Assembly: GCF_000150275.1 (NCBI RefSeq)
Contig: NW_002060952.1
Coordinates: forward strand, 1,974,260-2,038,259
Direction: 5' to 3'
Source: Trichoplax adhaerens
Taxonomy: Eukaryota > Animalia > Placozoa
DNA length: 64,000 nucleotides
The translations under genes and the position numbers were made by a program. How positions within the stretch are numbered: position 1 is the first letter of the stretch; each line of letters begins with the position of its first letter. Shown piece after piece: positions 13,585-26,007 of this stretch. Under the pieces are notes generated by a model, which did no database searches, was not told the DNA's origin, and worked only from the letters and a program-made list of their open reading frames with translations.

Positions 13585-14796
13585 TTACATTGTGAATCCT
13601 AGTCCCTGCATGATTTTCCGGTAATCTAAGCGCTCACGAATTAGACGGATTTCCTGCCCATTCACTAAAACCTCAGCTGCATAAGGGCGCAAGTTATACA
13701 AGGAACTCATTGAAGCGCAGTACGCACCAGCAGTTAAGATTGCTAACAGATCTCCCTCTTGTGGTAAAGCAATTTCGAGATTCTCACCAAATGTATCTGA
13801 AGATTCGCAAATATTTCCTACAACCGTGACTCTGCGCAAGGGTGCATCCGGATTGGAAATATTAATAATATGATGATAAGAGCCATACAAGGCAGGTCTA
13901 ATAATGTGGTTCATCCCCGAATCGGTGCCAATAAAAATTATTTCTCCGTTTTTCTTAATATTAGTCACCTTAACCAATAAGCAAGTTGATTCCGCTACTA
14001 AAAACTTTCCAGGTTCCACTATCATATTGATTTCTCTCCCATTAGATAAGGTAAATTCCTTTACGTACTTCTCAACACAATTAAAGAATTGCTTTATGCG
14101 GACTGGTTTAGAGTCAGGTTCATACATTACTCCAAAGCCCCCGCCAAGATCTATAAATTTTAAACTTTTAAAATTTGCAGCTATTTTAAAAATTTCATAC
14201 ACTGCACTCTCAAATACTTCAGCTGCATAGAAGCCGGAGCCTATGTGACAATGTACCCCAATTAATTGAAGGTGATATTTTCGTATAATTTGCTTGGCTT
14301 GCTCGATCTCCTCCAATAAGATACCAAATTTAGATTCTTTACCACCTGTTATCACCATTTTGGTCTCACCATCGCCGATACCGGGATTGAACCTAATCGA
14401 TACTTCTGCTCCATTGAATACAGCCCCAAAACGTTCTAATTCGGAAATGGACCCTATATTCGGTATGACACCTTCCGCGTGTACCTCTGCTAGTTCTCGA
14501 TCATCAGAATTATTACCAGTAAAGATAATTTGTTGGCTTTTAAAGCCACACTGTTTAGCTAGTTTTATCTCAAAGGGTGCTACTGCATCGATACCGTCAA
14601 TGCCTGCTGCCTTGAGCTCTCTAATGATATGAGGATTGTAATTTGCTTTCAAAGCATAATAGACCTTGGTATTTTTACCGGTTGCATCTTTAAGAATTTG
14701 CACTTTACGATGCAGAATACCGGAGTCTGTCACGAACACTGGCGTGCCATGCTTTTCAGTCACTCTTTGAGAAATTTCAAGACTAGGTTTATACAT
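13585..14796 (-). CDS. lysA: Diaminopimelate decarboxylase (fold-type III PLP enzyme), bacterial-type, intronless, 403 aa
   Basis: Single uninterrupted ORF with YALKAN (PLP lysine), ESKFG, HCHIGSG, DLGGGFG, EPGKFLVAES, GMNHIIRPALYGSYH, VVGNICESSD and AGAYCASMSSLYNLRP. RPALY and CESxD are typical of LysA rather than ornithine decarboxylase. Confidence 0.92.
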   Translation of the reverse strand: MYKPSLEISQRVTEKHGTPVFVTDSGILHRKVQILKDATGKNTKVYYALKANYNPHIIRELKAAGIDGIDAVAPFEIKLAKQCGFKSQQIIFTGNNSDDRELAEVHAEGVIPNIGSISELERFGAVFNGAEVSIRFNPGIGDGETKMVITGGKESKFGILLEEIEQAKQIIRKYHLQLIGVHCHIGSGFYAAEVFESAVYEIFKIAANFKSLKFIDLGGGFGVMYEPDSKPVRIKQFFNCVEKYVKEFTLSNGREINMIVEPGKFLVAESTCLLVKVTNIKKNGEIIFIGTDSGMNHIIRPALYGSYHHIINISNPDAPLRRVTVVGNICESSDTFGENLEIALPQEGDLLAILTAGAYCASMSSLYNLRPYAAEVLVNGQEIRLIRERLDYRKIMQGLGFTM

Positions 14797-14912
14797 GATT
14801 CACTAATCATGGCCAGTGTCCTTTAATAAAATATAAGCTCTTAATTATTCCTAATCGAAGGCTAAGAAGTACATTATTATTGTTAAACTACAGTATTACT
14901 TTAAAATACTAT

Positions 14913-14962
14913 ATTATTATTGTTATTATTATCATCATTATTATTATTATTATTATTTATTA
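14913..14962. repeat. (ATT)n microsatellite
   Basis: attattattgttattattatcatcattattattattattattatttattac immediately upstream of lysA; it produces the spurious poly-Ile ORF 14880..15107. Confidence 0.85.
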
Positions 14963-15219
14963 CCTCTACGACTATGGTACCATCAGCTGCACTTCAGCGC
15001 TTCTCTTTTATTTCCTTATTTCTGTTTTTAGTCATTTTAGCAGTCATCCTGTATTCAATATGCTGTCTTGTTGCTGCAAAGTAAAAAGCCGTGTTTACAG
15101 CTGGTAGAGTAGCAGATCAATGCGATAATTATTATTATTATTTTATTGTAGGCATGAGTTTCAGTTAAAGTTGTGGAATGATTGAAATCATCGGCGTTAA
15201 CGGAGTTTGAGCGAGCGGC

Positions 15220-18200
15220 TTTGTACTGTACAGTATAGTACAGTATAAAAGAATTTTCTCTTTGTTTTTATGATTAGTATCATAATACGGTACAGTACTC
15301 ATGGACTACTACAGTACAGTACAGTACTGTACTGTACAGTGTACTGTACAGTAGATCAATTGATGCAGTACAGTACTGTATCATTCCCGCGCAAAAAATA
15401 ACAATAGAATAAATAAACGGTAGCGCGTTGTGAACAGTTTAGGAGAAATGGCGTGGTAGAGAAATGTTCTGTAGTTATGGTGCAAAATTCAAGATGACGA
15501 CATTATTATTATTTTTAAATTACAGTACGTACAGTTATGGACCACTAGAAGAAAATCATTTGTACGGTATGACACCATGGGCCTCTAGAACAGCAGAGAG
15601 ATCCATTGTGACATGCACTGTACTGTAATAAAAGATGTATTTTTTTTTTTTCCTTCTGGAGGGTAAGGAAACTGTACTGTACTTATAGGAGGCATTTTAC
15701 TGTGCCGTACTTAAAGCTAGTTTAAAGTACTGGCATACGGGTATTTTTACTGGCCGTTCCAATTTGAACGGCAGATTCACTAGTTTAGGAGAATAGAAAG
15801 ATGTTATTCGAATAGTTAGGAAGAATGGTAGATGAAACTACAGAGATAAAAACTATTGTAAACTTTTAATGGACGAAAGTAAAGTTTATACAGTAGATGT
15901 ACTGTACACTCAGTGCTGTATTAATATTGTACCAGGACTACAGTAATTGTGTTTGGCAGCCCCTTACATCATCGTAACGCTCAACGGTTGCACATAAGTA
16001 CACTACCAATCAAAACTGGAGACTTGAGCCTTGGTATAAAAATCAACAATCCGGGTGTACGGTAGACGAATGTACACTTGTACAGTACTGTATCTATCTA
16101 TCTTGCTTTGTTCGATCTAAAGTGTACAAAGTACAAAGTGCAATCATACCATGCAATAGTACAATGGCCATAGTACATAAGATCACGCCCTAGCCATAAA
16201 TGATAATAACAGACGTTCCCGAAATGCAGTGTTTGCTAGACCACACTGTTTACTATTTTTTGGAAAGCGTGCTGCACAGTACCAATGGACATGTACTGTA
16301 CACTATACTGTACTGTACAGTACTGTACCTTCTTCCAGTTCTACAAAGCAGTGTAAGTATAAACTCGAATAAAATAACCTTTTATATCAATATTTGCATA
16401 ATACACGTGATATCCCATAGGCCGCATGATCTGCGGCATGCAGCTACTGCATTGCCTGCAATCGCAATCCAGCCATGATGCTTTACAAATCCTCAGTTTG
16501 TAATGAGAGTCGTCGATTTTAACGTCAATGCTATTGCATGTAATAAAGTACAGTATTATTTCTATTGCAGCTTACTTTATAACTTGAAACTATTGTTAAA
16601 TATTATTATTACAGTAATAAACTTACAACTTCTAGTTTACAGTATACCACGTAACTATACGCAGCTAGATCTCAAAGTGCAGACTCGCCTCCCTCCTAAA
16701 CCGAATCCACTTAGTCCTGGCGCCACTATCTTACTTTACTTATGATTACCGGGCCTCTCATTATTATAAAACCTACTTTCCTAAGTACAGTACATTACAG
16801 TATAACAATATTGGGCAGAGCTCACCGACGACAAGGACTGTACACTCAGTGTACAGTACAGTGTGTATCATAACATTTTGTCACTCACGTTTTACAAACC
16901 CTTGGTTGTACTATACTGTTACTGTCAGCGACAAACCGTACTGACTGACGGTACTTTGCGGTGTACTGTACTAAAAATCTTCGTACCCGAACACTAACCC
17001 GAACTCCTGTACAGTATTCTGTAGTACAGTACTGTACTGTACAGGAGACCATACGAAAATTATACCAAATTTATCTAATAAGGACTTGAAATTATAATGT
17101 CATTTACTGTAGTTTTAAACGGTGGGAAAGACTTATGAGACACCCTTTAGTACTGTACTGTATACTGTACTGTAGTACTGTAGTACAGATGTGTCATGAT
17201 CATAGAGTTAATCCCTTTCTCAGACAGACCGACTAGGCTCCATGTTCAGTTTTAGCGTCACTAAAACTGACCTGAAATGTGTGCGGTAGCGCTGGGCATC
17301 CAAAGTTTTTTTTTGCTATTAAATTTGAAAAGTTATCTGACCAGAAGTTAATAATACAAAAAGTAATTAATTTAGATTCTCACGGTTAATAAATTAGGCT
17401 ATTGAATTTAAATTGTTATTGGATTATTATACCGTATTACCTATTTATTGTACAGTATGTAACATTCTAATTCATGGTAATGAAGTAACTAAGTTTGGCG
17501 CTACCAGCATTTCAGGTGAGCCTACTGTAGTGACGCTAAAAAAAACTGCAACAACAGTAGAATCCGTCTGTCCGAGAAAGTGACGCGTCTGTACAGACAG
17601 TCCTATGTACAGTACAGTACAGTACTGTCGCAGCCATAGAGTTCAACAACGGACGCAGACATGTGCTCAATATCAGTACAGTACTGTACAGTACAGGGAA
17701 CAAGTAAACTCATTATTTGCTGTAATCAACAGATTGTACGCTACTACTGAAGATGCAATTGCAATAATTGCGATACGTATCTAATGCACTTGATCCGAAG
17801 GAAGTTGCAAAACACTATCGGCTACCGGCGAGATTTATGAAAGTGGCACATAGTCTTGACACTATACTGTACTGTAATTTGCCGTTAAAACTTCAGAAAA
17901 TGTGTGGGTAGTACAGTACAATACTGTACAGTGTACAGTACAGTACTGTAATCTGCCCTTCAAACTTTTCAGAAATGCTTGGACTGCGTGGAAGATAGTG
18001 GAGCATATGGATTGGATTGGATTTGATTGGTCATTGGGATTGATACCGCAGTTTGTACTGAACGGTTATTATTGCTGTACTTGTACAGTACAGTATACTG
18101 ACCGTCCTTAGTATCGTACGGTGTACAGTACATACAGTACAGTACACTGTACTGTATGCTTGCCAGCAAACAAAAGAAAATCAAAACATAAAGTACTGTA

Positions 18201-18310
18201 CACTGTACTATACACAAGTAGCAATTATAAACATTAACCGCCGTACTCACTAATTGGAATAAATAAATAAACAAAGCAAAGCATAGTACAGTACAGTACA
18301 GTACAAAGGT
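15220..18310. repeat. Extended cluster of (TACAG)n/(CTGTA)n pentamers and TACAGTACTGTA palindromes in the divergent lysA / EAAT-B intergenic region
   Basis: e.g. acagtacagtacagtactgtactgtacagtgtactgtacagta (~15310-15355), with further runs near 16290-16330, 17020-17045, 17150-17190, 17605-17700, 17910-17950 and 18120-18305. Confidence 0.85.
17212..17583. mobile_element. Non-autonomous foldback/MITE-like element (~370 bp) with long imperfect terminal inverted repeats
   Basis: Left tccctttctcagacagaccga versus the reverse complement of the right end tcactttctcggacagacgga. Internal arms also pair: cagttttagcgtcacta / tagtgacgctaaaaaaaactg and cctgaaatg..ggtagcgc / gcgctaccagcatttcagg. The core is AT-rich and no clear target-site duplication is visible. 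Confidence 0.7.
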
Positions 18311-18536
18311 TGAAACGGTATAAAGGAAGCTGCGTGCCGCATTTAGAGTCAGTGCAACTTCCTCGTGGATCATTGACGTTTACACTTCACAGTTTGCTGC
18401 TGTTTCATTTCAGGAGAGAGTGGTCTCTTTGCTAACAAAACAGCGTTGCCGCGAAAATTTCCCTGCATTGATTTCGATACGACTGAACAGTTTTTCCTTC
18501 GTAGTGGATACCTGAATCGCTTTCTACGATACCAAA

Positions 18537-21500
18537 ATGCCTTCATCAGAAGTTGATCAAGTAGCCGATAATGCTATCGTTAAAAAACCAAGAAAATTTC
18601 GACCTAAGAAGGTCATGAAAACCTCCAAAAGAGTTTTGGGAGGAGACAATCTTTTATTGAGTTTAACCATTCTTGGTGTCTTCCTTGGCGTTTTAATTGG
18701 CTTCCTTGTTCGTACGGCACATCCAAGCCAAACTGCAATCAAATTGATTAATTTCCCTGGTGATATTTTAATGAGAATGCTTAAAATGTTGATTCTACCT
18801 TTGATTGTTTCCAGCTTAATTGCTGGTCTGGCTTCACTGGATGCTGGCTCTTCCGGTAAAATGGGTCGCCGTGCTATCTTTTACTACTTTGGTACGACCA
18901 TCTTAGCTGTCATCTTGGGTCTGGTACTTGTCGTTGTTATTCATCCTGGCAAAACGAAGGAAGGTTTATCCAGCAACAGGCAACAACACGTCAATACTTT
19001 AGATGCTTTCCTGGATTTGATTAGGTAAAAACATGTATTGATTATTTTTCTCAATGTGTATTGCATTGGGACAGCATGCTGTTCAATCAACATAGTTCAT
19101 AGGCGTTTCATCTCTTATACTATCTATACTCGTACGCAGTACTGTAATCATAGTTTCCCTTCGCTCCAGCTTTACAGAAAACATGAATATTCCAATGTTA
19201 TCATATCGTTTTAATTTAACTTCAACCGAGGGAGATTACAGTAGAAATCAACTGTAGTAAATTACCTGATTGAATAAATGCACGGTACAATTATGATACA
19301 CACTGTATCATAAGGAGGTGGAAAGAAAATTGTATGAAGGGTGGTGATTTCTTTTTACTCCATAATTACGAAACCCTCCGGTCTCATCTGCAGGATATCA
19401 ATTATAATTACCGATGTTGCACAATACAGTACGTAAATTTCCTTATCGCACCTTTATCGCCCTTCACCCCATTCAATGGCCCTTCGCTCTTTCGCATTTT
19501 GTGCAAGGTTTACGTTTTAAATAATAATTCCGCTTTAGTATTTGTTAGCCGACACTTTTTAATTATACATTATGTGATTTCGTTGCAATGTAGTGTACAT
19601 GTTGTATTTTTCGTTTGGTGTTAATGAAATAATGTTCGGAATGCACAGGCATAGCGGGAATTACAGGGTGGGCTGTATAGCTTTGTATAAAAATGCGCTA
19701 TCAATTAACTGAACTGTGTCCGTACGATATGCTATTTTATCCATTCTTGTTTTGATAAAAATTCCGCTAAATTGCTAATTTAGGTAGCATACGATAGCGC
19801 GATGTACTGTAAATACAGTAATGTTGTGTCGGAAACGACTATGGGGTAAGTACTGTACTGTACTGTACTGTACAACTCACGGGTGATCATTGCAGGTATT
19901 TGTCGTGAGCTTTCGATGTTTATTTAACAGAACCACGGTGATAAGGCTCATGGATAAGTGAATATTTAGATGTTGTTCTAAAAGTTTGTTTCCCATGAAG
20001 CTGAGTCAAAGAAGTACTGCTATACCATTAACTGTGCCTCCTCCGCAGCACAGTAAAGAATCTATTTGTAAAAATGCTTTAATTGTTCTGTCTATTCGAT
20101 AGAAAAGTCAACTCCCCCCACATACCCTTGAAAGTCGTTCGAGCGGAATTACATACGAGTAGAATGAAATATTTGTTAGATGTACTGTTCTATTCTGCAA
20201 AGCGCCGAAACTAGGAAAAGTGAGTTTAAACAGTGTTAACTGATACCATTTCTACATCGAAATTTACACGGAAGAAAATATTTCTTATAAGCATTTTAAG
20301 AACTATTTTATCGTCTTTATTGTTCAATCGTAAGCGTAATGGCCATGACAACAATCGAAATTAATTGAAATATTTAATGTTCTCAATTCGTTCACTTACT
20401 CTGTCATGCACCCTTATAACGCATCTCTATAAAACGTAAAGTTTGACAGTATCGTAACATTTACGAGCTTAAATCTATAATTTAATTTTCCAATTTGGAG
20501 GGAGTCTCTTTGGTGTTAGCCATTGACTTAAGCCTAAATCATTGGATATACGCATATAATAGGTGCACTACTCGAAAAGGAAAATTATCTCTCTTTCACA
20601 TATTACACACAACCAGCAGTAGTCAATTTAGTTCAATGTTACACAGCGATACTCTCATACTTGTACAACAGAGAGGGAACAAAATATAGCTGCTAATTTA
20701 TAGACAACCTTTTGAAGTTCAATGCTCTACTGCATTTATTAACCTTTGAAATAAAGTAGACGAGCGCATCTCGTCTTCTTTCCAACATTGCAGCGTTGCC
20801 AAATGATTGTTATTGTTTAAACGCCTACGCATAGCATCTGTACGCTGTTATCATTATCCAATACGAAGAATCACGCAACTCTTTGTGCCAGCCATTACTT
20901 CACCTGCTGATCCACACTGTGCAATAATATGAAATTGACAGTACAGTTATTTTCAAAATATTTCTCTTACAAGTACCTAATAATGTCAACGCTGCTATAA
21001 ACTTATATCTATATACTACTTGATACCATATGGTGGTCAGCATTGCGATCATACAATGTTGTACTATAGTACAGATATTTGGCCTCTGTGTAGAAAAGAA
21101 TTTTGAATTCTTGTTACAGTTTAAAAACGAAAACTAATTTCGAACTACGGACTTCACCAAATCTCGAATAATTTGTTTGATATTGCCGCCATTTATTTCA
21201 ATTTTTAAACATCCCCTGGTTGTTATTTTACTTGATCAAAAAAGTTCGATAGACTACTTACTAACACCTACACATGCTACAATATGGACGTACTATGCCG
21301 TACTAGGCACAGTCAATGACCAATTCACTATTGTATAGTTTTGATTTCACGTTATTAGAAAGTCTACTGTAGTAATAGAAAACAAAAGCGTAACAATATA
21401 TGCATGCATCTTTTATTTTAAATTAATAGTACTGCACTTACAGACGGTTGATAGGGGCACAAAAGATGGTATACCCTTATGTCTAGCAGTATTTTGCTTT

Positions 21501-24500
21501 GTTTACTACTGGAATTGTTTGATCTAATTAACAGCATTGTACGTTTAAAATTCGTTAATTCGTTATCGTTAAAATCAAGTTAAAAATGCTTCAAGATTCC
21601 TCTTCAAATGACAAAACAGTTTACCACGTTGAACACTAGTAGTAAATTGTAACCTTATTAATTTTTAAAGACTGCTACATAATATACCGCTTCAATTGTA
21701 ATATGCGTAGGTATCATCGTAAGTTTACTGTACTGTACATACCTAAAGTGGAAGATTTCATTTCTCTGCAAGGAATATTTTGTAGTGACCATAAGAGAAA
21801 TGGAAACTTAGCAGAAAAGCAGCGGTAGATTTTACTTCCGTATGATACCCTAAAATCTCTTAATGTTGTCGATTTTCCTATGCATACATACACGATACTT
21901 CAGTACATTGGCCTCCTTATCATGACTGAATATTCTCTCGTACATGACGAACATTGAAATATTTTTCTATAAAAGAAATTGCCCGCTATACGTAAATAAG
22001 TTTCCGTTTCTACCGCATTTTTAACTTGACATATTATAATTATATTTCAAGAGACGGCAATGGCTACAAATAAGTACGTTCTAGTTTGACGACGACATTC
22101 TTGATAATCTAATATCAATAATGACTTGATAGCTTTGCAAAGAAGTGATCAAAGCAATGAGCAAAATTTGGAAAGGCATTTATAACCTACATAAACTGTA
22201 GCTTTGTCAATATTAGAATATATTGTATTATAGACTTAAAGTATAGTGTACAGTAGCATTTGTATTACAAGTATATCGGCAACTAACGATTATATTTACC
22301 ATCGCATGTGCTTACTTATAAGGTAGCTATTGTCAGTGTTTGCTTGGACGACGTTGTACTGTATGTTCAATTATGATTGAATTGTTAAACTTTTATGACA
22401 TCATTGATTAGTTATGGGCTAGCACTATCCTAATATAAACAATTTACATTCCCACGACCGATTGATCAGCCGTCGTACACGCCTCCTTTTACATTCAATC
22501 GATCTTTATTATTTTAAACAATAGCGGTAAGTAGCAATGAACACAAACGGCGCGGACAACTCATTCTGTCTACTGTATTCATAAATTTACGAAACTGTCC
22601 TCAGGTAATTAACTACGGCAAATTTCACTGTATTGTTTATTATTGTTTCAACAACGTACATTCACTACTCGCGCCGTAAGACATCGGATAAACGATGCTA
22701 TAATACATTAGCATATGAGCATTATATTATCATGTTATCCATGAAAAACATCGATGAAGGGCCCATCCTATCTCTTTACCGGGAGGATCTTTTTATTGTT
22801 GACTAAAAACTGACAGTTGAAAGGAGGGAACAAAGTGTGTACAGAAATCTTACATATACCAAGTATCTATTTATTTACCTTTAAATTTTCTTATGCTCAG
22901 GATAAAGAAATAAAGAAACTTGTTAGTGTTAGTTTTTATCAGTTTATAGTGAAATCAATGTGCACTATGCAACTTGAAATGAACCCTGTTCGATGGCATC
23001 ACAGTGCCAGAGTAATCCGTATAAAAATTACTATGCCATATTATGGAAGCAGGATCAGACATGAGAATAATAACGGTCCATTTAGAATCTACAGCTAATA
23101 GTACAGCATGATCAATTGATCATTTACGTAAATATGACATTGTTACTTATGAAACTCTGTTATCATTTGCTATTTGGCTAATAATTAATTAATACATATG
23201 GGTAATGCCAACAACGTATCACATTGTACAATATGATACTCTTTGGATTTGTATACGTTTACCTTCAGGCGAAATGCAATACACATTGTATCTTCGAAAT
23301 AGAGTTGTCCCTCGTTTGCTGAAAGTATCTTATGTATTCAACGTATTACGATTTCAGCAATTTCTTAACATCATCATAACTAAAGTGATGATTCGTTATA
23401 CTATAGGTAATTGTACAGTACATCAGTTGTGATACTTCTGCTGGTGCAACTTATAAAAATACTACCATTCGACAGCAAGTCTTCAATAGCGCACGACCTT
23501 GAGATAGTAATTAGTAAAATCAACTTTGCATACAACCTTATGCTGGAAAAATGAAATCAATAATATATAATTATGAAAATTATACCTGTAACATCATCTC
23601 TAACAATTTAGTGAATAATTGTAGATGTAATCAATAAATATCATCAACGCGATAGATTACAGTAATTAATATTTTCATAATGGTACATTATTCGCTTTAT
23701 ATAAATCTCCAAGTGCTAGTAACAACTGTAAATTTAGGTGATTGATTAAATGTCAATATTTCACTATACTAGGGATACATATTCGCATTATATGATTAAT
23801 GCATAACAAACAATTATTAGAAGGACTACTTCTGTTAGTCTACACTCTTTCCCTATCTCGGCCGATATATATTAGAAATCTACCACAATCTGCTATTAGG
23901 AACAATTGTTTTATTATTATAAGGCCACATTCTAAAGTAATATCTATCGTTGATTATATTATTTATCTACGCTGATCACAACTTCTGTTATTATTGTAAT
24001 AATAACCGACTGTTTTGTTGATTTATTTTAACTTAGAAACATGTTCCCGCAAAATTTGGTACAAGCTTGCTTCCAACAGGTATTTCAAATTTAAATATGA
24101 TAGTGTAGCTATCGTATCACATAATTTTCAAGTAAACAAAGGCTACAAGCATCTATAATACTTATAAATACGAAATAATTGGTAAAAGTAGTTACACAAC
24201 GACTGCGTAGATCTAGTTCCACAGTTATCGTGCGCTGCATTAGATAGTTTAAAATCAGTTGTGATGATGCTTCCATTGTTGTATTTATGTGTAATAAATT
24301 CAATATGAATTAATCAAAGTTTCTATAATTCACCAATATTATTTATATACTACGGAAATAAAAACAACTTTTATTTAAATTTACCTTATAAGTGTATCTT
24401 TTTCGAACACAGAGAAGTATATAAAATTTGGCATCGCTATTAATAACGCGCATACTTATGAATTATTGTATAGATACACGACATATTCCTGTATATAGTA

Positions 24501-26007
24501 ATTGTCACGATCAGAATATTGCTGCAAAGAAAAGTCATTTAAGGCGGCTTTTACCTCTTAACCTAACTTTACGTGATTTAAATTTATTTAGCAAAAAACC
24601 ATTTTCAAGACCGTACGGGTAGCTGAAAAAGTGGTGATACATAACGCTACAACAAATACAACAATTACTTATACCGTTATGCCAACTATGATTAGCGAAA
24701 TACCCGTTACTGGTACTCCAAACATCTCTAATGTCACTTTGCCAAAATTCACCAATATTGGATCAATCCAGTACGTAAGCGGTATGAATGTATTGGGATT
24801 GGTGGTTTTCTCAATTGCCTTCGGCATTACAATGAGCCGCATCGGAGAAGCTGGTAAACCAATTCAAAATTTCTTCTTGTCATTAAATGAAGTTGTTATG
24901 CGATTAGTCGGATTGGTAATGTGGTAAGTAAAACTTAAATAATTCTCATAATTTAATATTTACTATATCCCAGCAATAATTACTAAAGAAAATGAAATCT
25001 TTAAAAATTTCACTCCATAGGTATTCTCCTATTGGTATTATGTTCTTAATCGCCGGTAAAATTATTGAAATGGATGACTTCGGAAAGGTTATGGGCTCTC
25101 TTGGTTTGTATATGGCGACAGTATTAATTGGTTTATTTATCCACTCTTTGGTTACACTGCCACTCATCTACTTCATATTCGTCCGCAAGAACCCTTTTGT
25201 CTTCACTAAAGGTGTTTTGCAAGCGTTAGTAACAGCTTTCGGTACTGCATCAAGGTATGCATTTTATTCGCGCCTACATTTATCGTTACTCATAAGTCTA
25301 CAATATGTACATATATATGTATACTAATTATTGTAATATCTATTAGTTCGGCAACCCTACCAGTAACATTTAAATGTTTGGAAGATAATTTGCATATCGA
25401 CAAGCGTGTAACTCGCTTTGTTCTGCCTATTGGAGCTACTATTAATATGGATGGCACCGCATTATACGAAGCCGTAGCCTCGGTATTCATTGCTCAAGTA
25501 AATGGTATCGCTCTCAACTTTGGTCAACTTATTACCGTCAGGTAAATATTTAATTTAGCACTTGTCTCGCTATTTACACTAATAAGTAATGACGAAGCTG
25601 TGTTATGTTGTGAGAACCTCCAAATCCCTTACTTTTATTTACATCATTGTTAAAGCTTAACCGCTACGCTGGCTTCAATTGGCGCTGCTGGTATTCCCCA
25701 GGCTGGCCTGGTCACCATGTTGCTGGTACTAACTGCGGTTGGTTTACCAACTGAAGATATAACCTTGATTTATGCTATTGACTGGTTCCTCGATCGCGTT
25801 CGTACGGCTATTAATGTTCTTGGTGATGCTTATGGAACTGGTATTGTGCATAAGCTATCAATAGCTGAATTAGATGATGCTGATGCTCGTGAACAAGCTA
25901 GGAAATTGGAAGAAGGTGAATTCGAAGATGATAAAAAAGATGAAAATGGCTACGAGCGCTCTGTTCGTGCTAGTGGAAATGAAAATCGTTTAGAAAGTCA
26001 ATTGTAA
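18537..26007 (+). CDS. SLC1 family excitatory amino acid (Glu/Asp) transporter, paralog B, 6 exons
   Basis: Exons 18537-19024, 24037-24079, 24592-24923, 25021-25254, 25347-25541, 25656-26007, with the same intron positions and phases as paralog A. Motifs [51 protein letters not shown]. Confidence 0.95.

Noticed and set aside
13585-14796. ORF as eukaryotic ornithine decarboxylase or a processed retrocopy of it
   Set aside because: It has LysA-type HIGSG, RPALY and CESSD motifs instead of the ODC-type HVGSG and GPTCD.
13904-14826. Plus-strand ORFs 13904..14230, 14294..14632 and 14629..14826
   Set aside because: Antisense shadows of the lysA coding sequence with no recognisable motifs.
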